From an uncultured Chthoniobacteraceae bacterium (lineage in GTDB: Bacteria > Verrucomicrobiota > Verrucomicrobiia > Chthoniobacterales > Chthoniobacteraceae), in NCBI GenBank assembly GCA_964513965.1, contig CAZEOO010000005.1, positions 42,651 through 106,650 of the forward strand: a stretch of DNA of 64,000 nt. Reading direction: 5' to 3'. A program made the translations under genes and the position numbers. This document shows, piece by piece, positions 36,378 through 45,602 of this stretch. Under the pieces are notes generated by a model. The model saw only the letters and a list, made by a program, of their open reading frames with translations. It searched no databases and was not told the origin of the DNA. How positions within the stretch are numbered: the stretch's first letter is position 1; every line of letters begins with the position of its first letter.

Positions 36378-38462
36378 ATGAAAACTCTGCGCAACTTCTC
36401 CCTGCTTCTTTCGCTGGCCGCCATTGGCCTCCCGGGCGCCGCCTTTGCCAACGTCCAGCTTCCCGCCATCATCAGCGACCATATGGTGCTGCAAAAATCG
36501 GCCAAGACAGCCCTTTGGGGCACCGCGGCCCCCGGCGAGGAAGTCAAAATCACGCTCGCCAACCTTCATGCCACGGCGCGCGCCGGAGCCGATGGAAAAT
36601 GGCGTGTGGCCCTCAATTTGCAAACGCTGGGCCAGGGACCGCACCAACTCCTCGTCTCCGGTTCCAACCAGATCACCGTGGATGACGTGGTGGTGGGGGA
36701 TGTCTGGCTCGCCTCGGGGCAGTCCAACATGGAGTTCACCCTCGCGAGGACCGACAAGGCCGCGCAGGAAATCCCCAATTCGTCCAACCCGCTGCTCCGC
36801 CAATTTCTCGTCAAGGCGCGCGGTTCCCTCAAGCCTGAGGAGGCTTGCGAAGGCAAATGGGAAGTGGCGTCGCCTCAAACCTCGGGCCGCTTCACCGCCG
36901 TCGGGTACTATTTTGCGAAGTCAATCCAGAGCGCAATGAAGCTCCCCGTGGGGCTCATTGATTCCAGCTACGGCGGCTCCAACATCGAAGCCTGGATCAG
37001 CTACGAGGGGCTCGACCGCGACCCCGAACTCAAAGCCGTAAAGGAAAGCCTGTGCGCCGAGGAGGCGAGCTTCCCGCAGCGGAAGAAAGACTTCGCAACG
37101 CAATTCCACGCCTGGGCGGCGAAGTATGGCCGCGAGGATCATCCCAGCGCCGATCCGCAGCAATACGCCGCACCCAACCTGCCGCTGGAAGGCTGGAAGC
37201 CCGTGACCCTGCCCGGCTCGCTGGCAAAAGCGGGGCTGCCCGATTCCGGGGTTGTCTGGCTGCGCAAAACCTTCACCGTCACCAAGTCGCAAGACAACGT
37301 TTACATGCCGCTGATCCTCTCGCTGCCGAGGGATTTCGACACGGTGTACTTCAACGGCGTCAAGGTTGGCGAAACCACGCCAGAGAAATCCACCAGCTCC
37401 AACACCTCCGCCAAAAGCTCCAACTACCGCCGGTACGACGTGCCCGCAAACCTCGTCAAAGCCGGGGAAACCATCATCGCCATCCGGCTCGTGAGCCCGG
37501 GCGGGTCCGCTGGAATTGAAAACGGCGGCATGAACGCCGCGGGCACAAACCTCGCCGGGGAATGGATGGCCAAGGTGGAAACGGAACTGCCCGCTTTAAG
37601 CGCCGAAGCCCAGGCCGCCTACCCGGCAATGCCGCTCGCCCCGCCGGTGGTCCGCTCCATGCCCGGCGAGCTTTACAACGCCATGGTCCACCCGATCCGG
37701 GATTACGGCATCAAGGGGATCATCTGGTACCAGGGCGAAACCAACGGTTCGCTCGGTTATCAATACCGCACGACCTTCCCGTTGCTCATCCAGGACTGGC
37801 GGCGCATTTACCAGCAGAACGACCTCCCCTTCTACTGGTGCCAACTGGCCAACTTCATGTCCAAAGCCCCGCAGCCCGCCTCCAGCGACTGGGCCGAACT
37901 GCGCGAGGCGCAAACCATGACCTTGAAGCTGCCTGCCACCGGCCAGGCCATCCTCATTGACCAGGGCGAGGAAAACGACGTTCACTTCCGCAACAAAACC
38001 GATGCGGGCGAACGCCTCGCCAAAATTGCCCTGGCCAAAACCTACGGCAAACCGATCCCCTTCTCCGGCCCCCTCTATCGCTCGATGCACGTCGAAGGGA
38101 ACAAAATCCGCATCCGCTTCGACTTCGCCGAGGGTCTGGCCGCGCAACCCCTGCCCGCGACCTACACGCCGAGATCGTTGGAACCCACCGTCACCAAGCC
38201 GCTGGTCCTCAACAGCCCTGAGAGCCAGGTGCAGGGCTTCGCCATCTGCGGAGCGGACCAGAAATTCGTGTGGGCCAATGCCGTGATTGAGGGCGACAGC
38301 GTCGTCGTTTCCGCGCCCGCCATCAATGCCCCCGTCGCGGTGCGTTACGCCTGGGCCAGCAACCCCACGTGCAATCTCATCAACAAAGCGGGACTTCCCG
38401 CCGTCCCCTTCCGCACCGACGATTTTCCGCTCAACTCCCTGCCCCGCCGTTACGGAAAGTAA
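36378..38462 (+). CDS. sialate O-acetylesterase-like carbohydrate esterase (SGNH/DUF303 type)
   Basis: Signal peptide, GDVWLASGQSNMEF (catalytic Ser block) and GIIWYQGETN. ATG at 36378 is preferred over the GTG at 36366. Confidence 0.8.
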   Translation: MKTLRNFSLLLSLAAIGLPGAAFANVQLPAIISDHMVLQKSAKTALWGTAAPGEEVKITLANLHATARAGADGKWRVALNLQTLGQGPHQLLVSGSNQITVDDVVVGDVWLASGQSNMEFTLARTDKAAQEIPNSSNPLLRQFLVKARGSLKPEEACEGKWEVASPQTSGRFTAVGYYFAKSIQSAMKLPVGLIDSSYGGSNIEAWISYEGLDRDPELKAVKESLCAEEASFPQRKKDFATQFHAWAAKYGREDHPSADPQQYAAPNLPLEGWKPVTLPGSLAKAGLPDSGVVWLRKTFTVTKSQDNVYMPLILSLPRDFDTVYFNGVKVGETTPEKSTSSNTSAKSSNYRRYDVPANLVKAGETIIAIRLVSPGGSAGIENGGMNAAGTNLAGEWMAKVETELPALSAEAQAAYPAMPLAPPVVRSMPGELYNAMVHPIRDYGIKGIIWYQGETNGSLGYQYRTTFPLLIQDWRRIYQQNDLPFYWCQLANFMSKAPQPASSDWAELREAQTMTLKLPATGQAILIDQGEENDVHFRNKTDAGERLAKIALAKTYGKPIPFSGPLYRSMHVEGNKIRIRFDFAEGLAAQPLPATYTPRSLEPTVTKPLVLNSPESQVQGFAICGADQKFVWANAVIEGDSVVVSAPAINAPVAVRYAWASNPTCNLINKAGLPAVPFRTDDFPLNSLPRRYGK

Positions 38463-38744
38463 AGCCAGTTCCCGTGTGATCCTTGAATGAGGTAGACAGA
38501 GGCCCTTTTTACAACATTTGAGGGCACTGAGACTATGGGCATGCCCAATTCTCCGGATTGGGATGCCTTGCTGGGGCAACTGCGGCACATGCTCGACAGA
38601 ACCAGAGCATGCCAGGCCATGCGAGTCGTCTTCGAATCACAAATTCGTTACGCTTACCTATGAATCTGGAAAGGGTTGCGAGAGACGTATGCCCGACTTC
38701 GTCTATCCGAAAATTCCTGTGAGATCATAGGTGTTTATTACACA

Positions 38745-38784
38745 TAAAAAACTCCGAAGGAAGCGGTAGCCTCCTTCGGAGTTT
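38745..38784 (-). terminator. intrinsic terminator 3' of the giant PEP-CTERM gene
   Basis: 11-bp stem ACTCCGAAGGA / TCCTTCGGAGT (38751-38761 and 38772-38782) followed on the minus strand by TTTTTT. Confidence 0.75.
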
Positions 38785-38810
38785 GACTTAAATACTCGTT
38801 GAAACGGGTG

Positions 38811-41800
38811 CTATGCCGAGCGGCGGCGCATCCGCTGCGCCCCGAGCAACATGCCCAGGCCGCCCACCAGCATCGCCCACGTGCCCGGTTCCGGCACCAC
38901 CGTCAATTCGAAGTCGTTCGCCGTGGTGCCGCCGTCCGCGTTCACGTTGTAGAGCAGTTCGTATTCTTTGCCGCCGTAGGTGAACTTGTTGGTCGTGCTC
39001 ACGTCATACGTGTTCCCGCCGATCACCACCGAACTGAACGTCCCCACGATTGCGTTGTCGCTCTGGTTTTCGATCAAGGTCAGCGCGCCGTTGGTGAAGA
39101 CGCCGTCGGCAATGCTCAGGCTCAGGATGCTCCCGGCGTTGAGCGAGACCAGGCTGCTTGCGCCCGTTACCACGATCTGGTCGTAGTCCGTTCCCGCCGC
39201 TGTGATCCCTTCGATTTGCATCGAGATCTTCGCACCGGTTTCCACCGTCAGGTTGCCCGCCACCGTGGTGATGCCAGGGCTGTTGCCGGGGGCCAGTTCG
39301 CCGTTGGTCTTGATGGTCAGCGCGCCTTTGATGGTGCCCGTGCCGTTGAGCAAGCCGCTCACGTTGACCGTGCCGTTCAAGGTGCCGTTGTTGGTCAGCG
39401 TGGCCCCGTTAATTACCGACACGGTGTTGGCACCCGTGGTGCCGGTGTTGGTTAACTGCGCTCCCGCGCTGACGGTGAACGTGTTGGTTGCGGTGGCGTT
39501 GCCGCTCACCGTTGTGGCTCCATCGGCCACCGTCATGTTGCTGGCCGTGGCGGAACCGACCACGCTGCTCGTGCCGTGGAAGGTGGTGTCGCCCATCGAG
39601 ACGCCGTTGCTCTTGATGGAACCGCCGTTAACGTTGACCGGCGCGCTGACCACGCCGCTGCCCGCGAGGTTCGCCCCGTTGCCGATGTTGACGCCCCCGG
39701 TGGAGAGAGTGTGCCCTTGCAGGTCGAGGGTGGCCCCGGCCTGGACGTTGACCTGGCTGCTCAAGTCGGTGTTGATGTTGGAGCCCAGGGCCAGCGTGGA
39801 GGCCACGGTGCCGTCGCCCACTTGCACGTTGCCGATGTTCCGGGCCACGGTGGTCTTTAAGGTATGCGTACCGGTGGCGGCATAGAGGAACGTGGAGGCG
39901 GCACTAATGGTGCCGCTGCCGCTGGTGGCCTTGAGACCCAGCTCGGAGGTGCCGCCTGCCAAGGTGGCTTGCATGACGACGTTCGCGCCGACCGTCACGT
40001 CCGTGTTGGTGCTCGAGAGATTGAAGTAGCGCGCCTGGAACACGCCCGTCCCGCTGGAGGAGGCGATGGTCCACGGGCTGCTATTGGTGGTGCTTATATC
40101 AGGAGCCCACCCCGCAGTGGAGAGGGTCAAGGTGTAACCCGAGAGATCCACCACAACGCGGCCAATGGACGTATAGTTCGTGCTATCCAATACCCCGAGG
40201 CAGATAATATTGCTGCCCAGTTGCAATGTATTGGTCATCCCGGAGGCGATCGTCTCTGAGTTCGTCATGAAGATCGAGTTGACCGTTGTTGCCGTACCGG
40301 TGAGTCGCAGGATTTTGACGGAGTTGGTCAAACCCGCATCATTGTCGCGGAGGTAAATTCTGCCGAGATTGACGCCCGATTGCAGCACTTGCGTGCCACT
40401 CCCACGCACCATGGCGATGGTGTTGACAACTCCGTTGCCCGGTGTCGTGAGCGTCACTCCCTCGGCGATGGTCGCGCTGGTTCCATAGAGAGCCAGGTAA
40501 CCGCCCGCGGAGTCATTGGTGTTAATGGTGCTCCCGGCGTTGGCGGTGAAGTTGCCATACACCGCGATGCGGCCGCCGCTCGACAACGTGGCGCTCGTGC
40601 TGGTCGTCAAGGTCGCGCCGCTGTTGAGGATCACGCTGCCGACATTGTTCTCAACGGCGGAGGTTCCAACCGTGAGCGCCGTCCGCAAAGTGCCGCCGTC
40701 ATTGACGACGATGGTGCTCGTGGTGGCGGAAATATAGCTGTAAATATATGCGGAGGTCTGCAAGATACCGCCGGAATTGATCGTGATGAGCCCCGAGGAG
40801 GGAGTCAGCGAATAGTTGCCCGTTTCCAGGATGCCGGAGGAGTTTGTCGTGCCGCTCAAAGTCAGCGACGAGAACCCGGAAAGATTGCCCGTCAACTGCG
40901 CCAGCGTATTCGCTCCGCCGGTGCCGTTGACCGCCAGCGCCCCGATGCCCGCGCCTTTGTTCGCCAGGTAAGTTGTGCCGCCGTTGAGCGTCATGCCGCC
41001 CGAATAAGTGCTGGCCCCGCCGGTAAAGGCGGTAACCTGCGGACCATTGACTACGATGGCGCCCGCCGCGGTGCCGTCCACGATGTTGCCGGACATCAAG
41101 AGATCCGTCCCGGTGACGTGCGTGTTGGCGAAAGTGACGGTTCCAGAGAGGTTGACATTCGACGTAACCGCCGCCATGCCCGCCGTGCCCGTCAGGTTGA
41201 GATTGACGCCTGAATTCAGATAAAGGGCCCCCGAGGCGCCGCTGATGGTGCCGGTGCGCGCAAGGTTGATCGCCGTGGTCGGGGCTGGTGTGAGATACAG
41301 GTTGTTGTTGCCCAGCGCGAGGTTGGCCCCCGCGTTCACCGTTACCGGGCTGCCGCTACCCGTGGTGATGCTTGAGGTGAGGTTCAAGAGAGAATTGCTG
41401 GTCCCGTCGCCCACCGACAACCCGCCGATCATGCGCCCGGAACTCAAAGAACCGGAACCGTTGCCAATATAGGAAAAGAGCGTGTCCGCCGTGATGATGC
41501 CGCTGGTGCCGGTTCCCAGGTTATTGGTGGCGGTGCCGGTCGCCAGAAGAATAACCGGGTTGGCGGCATTCCCGCCAACGTTGACTTGCGCGGCCTTGCT
41601 GAAATCGAATGAAAGGGCGGAAATCGTGCCCGCGCCTGAGGTGCCCGTGTTTTGGAGATACCAATTGATAAGAGTGGTACTGTTTACATTATTGGGCACG
41701 AACCCCGACGTAAGGGAATTGAGGTTTAATGTCAGGCTGTTGGTGTCAATGCCATAGCCTACTGTTGTTCCACTCACGCCCCAGTTTGACAAAACGGCAC

Positions 41801-44126
41801 CTCCCAGGGTCGTCGTGATATTGCTGGTCAGCCTCAATATGGTAGTGCCGAGGCCTTGCTGGCCATAGGCCAAGGAACCGATCGAAAGCGTGTGGCCCGT
41901 TGTCGAGCCCACCGACTTGACGACCGTACCCGAAGAGGTTGCCCGAATGGTATAAGCGGACGTGCCCGAGATCGAAACATCGTCCACAACGTAGGTCTGG
42001 TTTCCGCCGCCGAGCGTTACCCCGCCCGTAAAGGGCGAGGTTAAATTGGCGATGCTGTTGGTAGCGCCATTCAGAAACAGACCACCGAAGCTGCTGTTAA
42101 CAATCTGGCCTCCGGAAATATTGGCATTGCCGGCGACATAGAACCGGTTGTCCTGGCAAAGCCCGCCGTTATCCAGACCGATGCTCACCGTACCTCCGGT
42201 CATGGTGAAATTTCCACTGACGTTGTACGAACCAGCCATACCATAGGAGGCGGCCCGATAGAGAATCAACTGGCCATCGCTCATGGTGAGATTACTAGAG
42301 ATGAGCGCATTATACTGATTGCCGGTGCCGGTGGTCATCATCGCGATCGTTCCCCCAGTGCCAAGGTTCAGGGAACCCTTCACCGTGCCCGCGTTATTGA
42401 AAATGTTTACGCCGCTTTGAACCGTATAACCGGCGGTCCCCAGGCCGCTGACATCGAAGGTTGCGCTTTGGCCGATGCTGATGGTGGCGCTGGAAGCGGG
42501 AGTGAGTGCCAGGGTGTAGGCGCCCACGCTCAAAGTGGCCCCGTTGTTGATGGTCACCGAAGAGCCGGTGCCGGTAGTGATGTTCGAGAGCAGGACCAAC
42601 GTGGAGGCATTGCTGCCGGTGCCCACCGAAAGGCCGCCGATCATCCGCCCGGAGGTCAAATAGGAAGTGCCGCTGCCGATGTAGGAAAAGAGCGTGTTTG
42701 CGGTAATCGTCCCACTGGTGCTTGAGCCAAGGTTATTGGTTCCGCCAACCCCGATGGATGACAAGACGATGGAGCCTAAGGAATTAACCCCCACGTTGAC
42801 CGTCGAGGCCGAAAAGGCGAAGTAGCTCGCCGCAAGGGTGCTGGTGGTCACGCCACTATTTTGGATCGTCCACAAAGAAGGGTTGCTCGTGGAATTATTA
42901 TTCATGCTCACATGCCCGGTCGTAGTGCCCGTGGAGGTTCCCATGAAATTATAACCGTTGAGATCCAAGGTCAGGCCAATGGTGCCCGCGCTGCCGGAGG
43001 CAAAGCCCAGGCCGATGATCTGCGTTGACGTAGAGTTGGCCACGACGTTGCTGGTCAGCTTCACCGCGGAGGTAGCATTAATATTGCCTTGACCGAAATC
43101 GAGATACCCGATGGCCAACGTTCCGCCGCTGATGGACGAACCGATATATTTTGTATTGGTACCCGATGAGGCAAAACCGCGGGCAATGATCCGCCCAATG
43201 TACGCGTTAGTGCCCGTGGAGTCGCTGATGAAGCTCTGGTTTCCACCGGACATCATCACCTGCGAAATGTAGCTGTTGGAAGAGGAGAGCCCCATAATCC
43301 AGTTGGAGCCGCTGTTTCCCAAAACGAGGGTTCCCTTGGATGCGGCAACCACGCCCCCGGTGATATTGACCGTGCCGTTGACCGTAAAGCGGGGATCCCA
43401 ATAAGAAGTGTTAGCCGAGGCCGAGACGTTGGTGGTGCCGTTATAGACCACCGCGCCGCTCAATGAGCCGCCGATGACCAGCGTGCCGCCCGTCATCGTA
43501 AGATTTTGTTTGATGGTGCATACCGCCGAATTCTGTTTGGTCTGCACGGGGTCGTTATATTGAATGAGCAGACCGCCCGACATCGTGACGTTGCCATCCA
43601 GCGTGGAGTTATAGCCTGTCGCCGGGTCCGTGCCCGTCGTGGACATTGCCAGAATGCCGTTATTGTACAGATTGACATTCGCAGTGACGTACACCGCTCT
43701 GCCCGGGGTGGCTGTCCCCACCGTTCCCGTATCGACCGGGTCGATATAAAGCATGCTGACCCCGTTGATGCTGGTATCGGTACTCCCCAAGACGATGGTA
43801 TTGGCCACCGTCAAGTTCCGGATCAAGTTCACTTGGTTGGTGCCGCTTGCCTCTTGCACGATATTCAAAGTCGCAACCGACCCTGTAGTACCGACCGCAG
43901 GGGCATCGTACCAAACAACCTGGTTCACCCCGGTGGTATTGGAAACCACCGCCGTATCGCCCGCGCCGGGCCATGTACCGCTACTGGTTAGCCAGTTGGT
44001 GTTAGCTCCCCAGGACCCTCCCGAAGTGCCTGTCCAAGTATAGGTGGCGGCCTGCGCCATGTTCAGCGAAAAGAAGAGAGCGGCCAGCAAGAGGCCCAGG
44101 GGTTGGAGGGCAGTCTTTATTTTCAT
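38811..44126 (-). CDS. giant (1771 aa) PEP-CTERM surface protein of autotransporter-associated beta-strand repeats
   Basis: Signal peptide MKIKTALQPLGLLLAALFFSLNMAQA, a Gly/Thr/Ser/Asn-rich repeat body, and the C-terminus VPEPGTWAMLVGGLGMLLGAQRMRRRSA. The last ~135 aa are homologous to the C-terminus of the 9044-10954 protein. Confidence 0.85.
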   Translation of the reverse strand: MKIKTALQPLGLLLAALFFSLNMAQAATYTWTGTSGGSWGANTNWLTSSGTWPGAGDTAVVSNTTGVNQVVWYDAPAVGTTGSVATLNIVQEASGTNQVNLIRNLTVANTIVLGSTDTSINGVSMLYIDPVDTGTVGTATPGRAVYVTANVNLYNNGILAMSTTGTDPATGYNSTLDGNVTMSGGLLIQYNDPVQTKQNSAVCTIKQNLTMTGGTLVIGGSLSGAVVYNGTTNVSASANTSYWDPRFTVNGTVNITGGVVAASKGTLVLGNSGSNWIMGLSSSNSYISQVMMSGGNQSFISDSTGTNAYIGRIIARGFASSGTNTKYIGSSISGGTLAIGYLDFGQGNINATSAVKLTSNVVANSTSTQIIGLGFASGSAGTIGLTLDLNGYNFMGTSTGTTTGHVSMNNNSTSNPSLWTIQNSGVTTSTLAASYFAFSASTVNVGVNSLGSIVLSSIGVGGTNNLGSSTSGTITANTLFSYIGSGTSYLTSGRMIGGLSVGTGSNASTLVLLSNITTGTGSSVTINNGATLSVGAYTLALTPASSATISIGQSATFDVSGLGTAGYTVQSGVNIFNNAGTVKGSLNLGTGGTIAMMTTGTGNQYNALISSNLTMSDGQLILYRAASYGMAGSYNVSGNFTMTGGTVSIGLDNGGLCQDNRFYVAGNANISGGQIVNSSFGGLFLNGATNSIANLTSPFTGGVTLGGGNQTYVVDDVSISGTSAYTIRATSSGTVVKSVGSTTGHTLSIGSLAYGQQGLGTTILRLTSNITTTLGGAVLSNWGVSGTTVGYGIDTNSLTLNLNSLTSGFVPNNVNSTTLINWYLQNTGTSGAGTISALSFDFSKAAQVNVGGNAANPVILLATGTATNNLGTGTSGIITADTLFSYIGNGSGSLSSGRMIGGLSVGDGTSNSLLNLTSSITTGSGSPVTVNAGANLALGNNNLYLTPAPTTAINLARTGTISGASGALYLNSGVNLNLTGTAGMAAVTSNVNLSGTVTFANTHVTGTDLLMSGNIVDGTAAGAIVVNGPQVTAFTGGASTYSGGMTLNGGTTYLANKGAGIGALAVNGTGGANTLAQLTGNLSGFSSLTLSGTTNSSGILETGNYSLTPSSGLITINSGGILQTSAYIYSYISATTSTIVVNDGGTLRTALTVGTSAVENNVGSVILNSGATLTTSTSATLSSGGRIAVYGNFTANAGSTINTNDSAGGYLALYGTSATIAEGVTLTTPGNGVVNTIAMVRGSGTQVLQSGVNLGRIYLRDNDAGLTNSVKILRLTGTATTVNSIFMTNSETIASGMTNTLQLGSNIICLGVLDSTNYTSIGRVVVDLSGYTLTLSTAGWAPDISTTNSSPWTIASSSGTGVFQARYFNLSSTNTDVTVGANVVMQATLAGGTSELGLKATSGSGTISAASTFLYAATGTHTLKTTVARNIGNVQVGDGTVASTLALGSNINTDLSSQVNVQAGATLDLQGHTLSTGGVNIGNGANLAGSGVVSAPVNVNGGSIKSNGVSMGDTTFHGTSSVVGSATASNMTVADGATTVSGNATATNTFTVSAGAQLTNTGTTGANTVSVINGATLTNNGTLNGTVNVSGLLNGTGTIKGALTIKTNGELAPGNSPGITTVAGNLTVETGAKISMQIEGITAAGTDYDQIVVTGASSLVSLNAGSILSLSIADGVFTNGALTLIENQSDNAIVGTFSSVVIGGNTYDVSTTNKFTYGGKEYELLYNVNADGGTTANDFELTVVPEPGTWAMLVGGLGMLLGAQRMRRRSA

Positions 44127-44359
44127 AAAGAAATGGGGTTACGGGGTTCGGAGACTAGGGGTGATACCGTTTAATAGATCACCCCGAAAAAATTATCAAC
44201 GCTATTTATCCGTCATCTTTTCTTTTTATATTAAATAGCAGAAATAACGTTATCTTATCATAACCCGCCTCGTGATTTCTTCGCTTTGCACCGATTCATA
44301 TGGGACTACAATTCACGTTGGAAGCTTCCGTATTTCATGTTTAAACACCGTTTGAATTA

Positions 44360-45475
44360 ATGCCGCCAATCCGTCATCTTTACGTCCATATTCCATTTTG
44401 CCTGCGGGCCTGCCCCTATTGCTCTTTCTATAAAGAGCCGCTGGAGCGCGGGAAGGTGCGCCGGTTCCTGGACGCCGTGTTGGCGGAACTGGACCAGGCG
44501 CTCGAGCGCGACGCCTTGCAGCCGCGCACCATTTTCTTTGGCGGCGGCACGCCCAGCGCCCTGCCCACCCCGCAACTGGAGCACCTGCTCGCAGGCTTGC
44601 GCGAGCGGCTCGACCTTTCCACGCTTGAGGAATGGACGCTGGAGATGAACCCGGCCACCGTTTCGCCGGAAAAGGCGCGGATGCTGCGCCAGGCGGGGGT
44701 GAACCGCGTGAGCATGGGAGTGCAATCGTGGGAACCGGAGTTGCTCCAGGTGCTCGGAAGGGTCCACACGGCGGCGCAGGCGCGGCGAAGCTATGAGATT
44801 CTGCGCGAGGCCGGGTTTGACAACGTGAACCTGGACTTGATGTTCGCCGTTCCCACGCAAACGCGCTCGCAATGGGCGGCAACGCTGGAGGAAACCATCA
44901 CGCTGGCTCCGGAGCACATCTCCGCCTACTGCCTTTCCTACGAGGAGGACACGGATTTTTACCGGCGCTTCCAGGCTGGCGAATACCAGCAAGATGAAGC
45001 ATGGGACGCCGATCTCTTTGAAATGACGATGGACCGGCTGGCCGAGGGCGGTTACGAACCCTACGAAATTTCCAACCACGCCCGGCCCGGCTGTGAATGC
45101 CGCCACAACCTGGCTTATTGGGAAGGGGCGGATTACCTGGGCCTGGGGCCGAGCGCCTTTTCCACGCGGGGGCTGGAACGTTGGGAAAATGTGGCCGACG
45201 CGGCCGAATATTCCGCGCGCGTGTTGGAAGGGCGCTCCGCCGCAAGCTCGAGGGAGCCGCTCACGCCCGCCATCCGCCTTTCGGAAGAAATCGCCTTCGG
45301 CCTGCGCACCAGCCGCGGCGTGGACGCCGGGAAGCTCGCGCCATGGCAAGCGGCTGTGGATGAATACCTTGGGGAAGGCTTCTTCACGCTCCGGGAGGGC
45401 CGCATCCGGCTCACGCGAAAGGGAAAGCTTGTGGCCGACACGCTCGCCGAGGCGTTCGTGGGCGATGAGGAATAA
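44360..45475 (+). CDS. hemW: radical SAM heme chaperone HemW (HemN-like, oxygen-independent coproporphyrinogen oxidase family)
   Basis: The CxxxCxxC cluster motif in YVHIPFCLRACPYCSFY and a HemN C-terminal domain. The ~370-aa length fits HemW rather than HemN. Confidence 0.85.
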   Translation: MPPIRHLYVHIPFCLRACPYCSFYKEPLERGKVRRFLDAVLAELDQALERDALQPRTIFFGGGTPSALPTPQLEHLLAGLRERLDLSTLEEWTLEMNPATVSPEKARMLRQAGVNRVSMGVQSWEPELLQVLGRVHTAAQARRSYEILREAGFDNVNLDLMFAVPTQTRSQWAATLEETITLAPEHISAYCLSYEEDTDFYRRFQAGEYQQDEAWDADLFEMTMDRLAEGGYEPYEISNHARPGCECRHNLAYWEGADYLGLGPSAFSTRGLERWENVADAAEYSARVLEGRSAASSREPLTPAIRLSEEIAFGLRTSRGVDAGKLAPWQAAVDEYLGEGFFTLREGRIRLTRKGKLVADTLAEAFVGDEE

Positions 45476-45549
45476 ACAGCGGCGCAATCTGAAAAAGGCT
45501 GCGCCAATGAAATCCCGCCAAACCCTTGTGTTTTGGCCGTTGCGCAACG

Positions 45550-45578
45550 TTGACAACTCCCCGGCTCCCCCCTAGGCT
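45550..45578 (+). promoter_or_regulatory. sigma70-like promoter (TTGACA-N17-TAGGCT) upstream of the ATPase operon
   Basis: -35 TTGACA at 45550-45555 and -10 TAGGCT at 45573-45578, 25 bp before the GTG start at 45603. Pattern only. Confidence 0.4.
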
Positions 45579-45602
45579 GGTCGGGTTACATCCTTTTCCC
45601 CC

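Noticed and set aside
38518-38730. The 70-aa ORF in the esterase / giant-gene spacer.
   Set aside because: It has Cys/Arg/Pro-rich composition, no signal or motif, and overlaps an equally plausible 42-codon frame. There is not enough evidence to call it a gene.
38811-44126. Highly repetitive DNA that could be mistaken for a CRISPR array or non-coding tandem repeats.
   Set aside because: The repeats are in-frame, imperfect and lie within one continuous 5316-bp ORF that has a signal peptide and a PEP-CTERM tail. There is no regular repeat-spacer structure and there are no cas genes.
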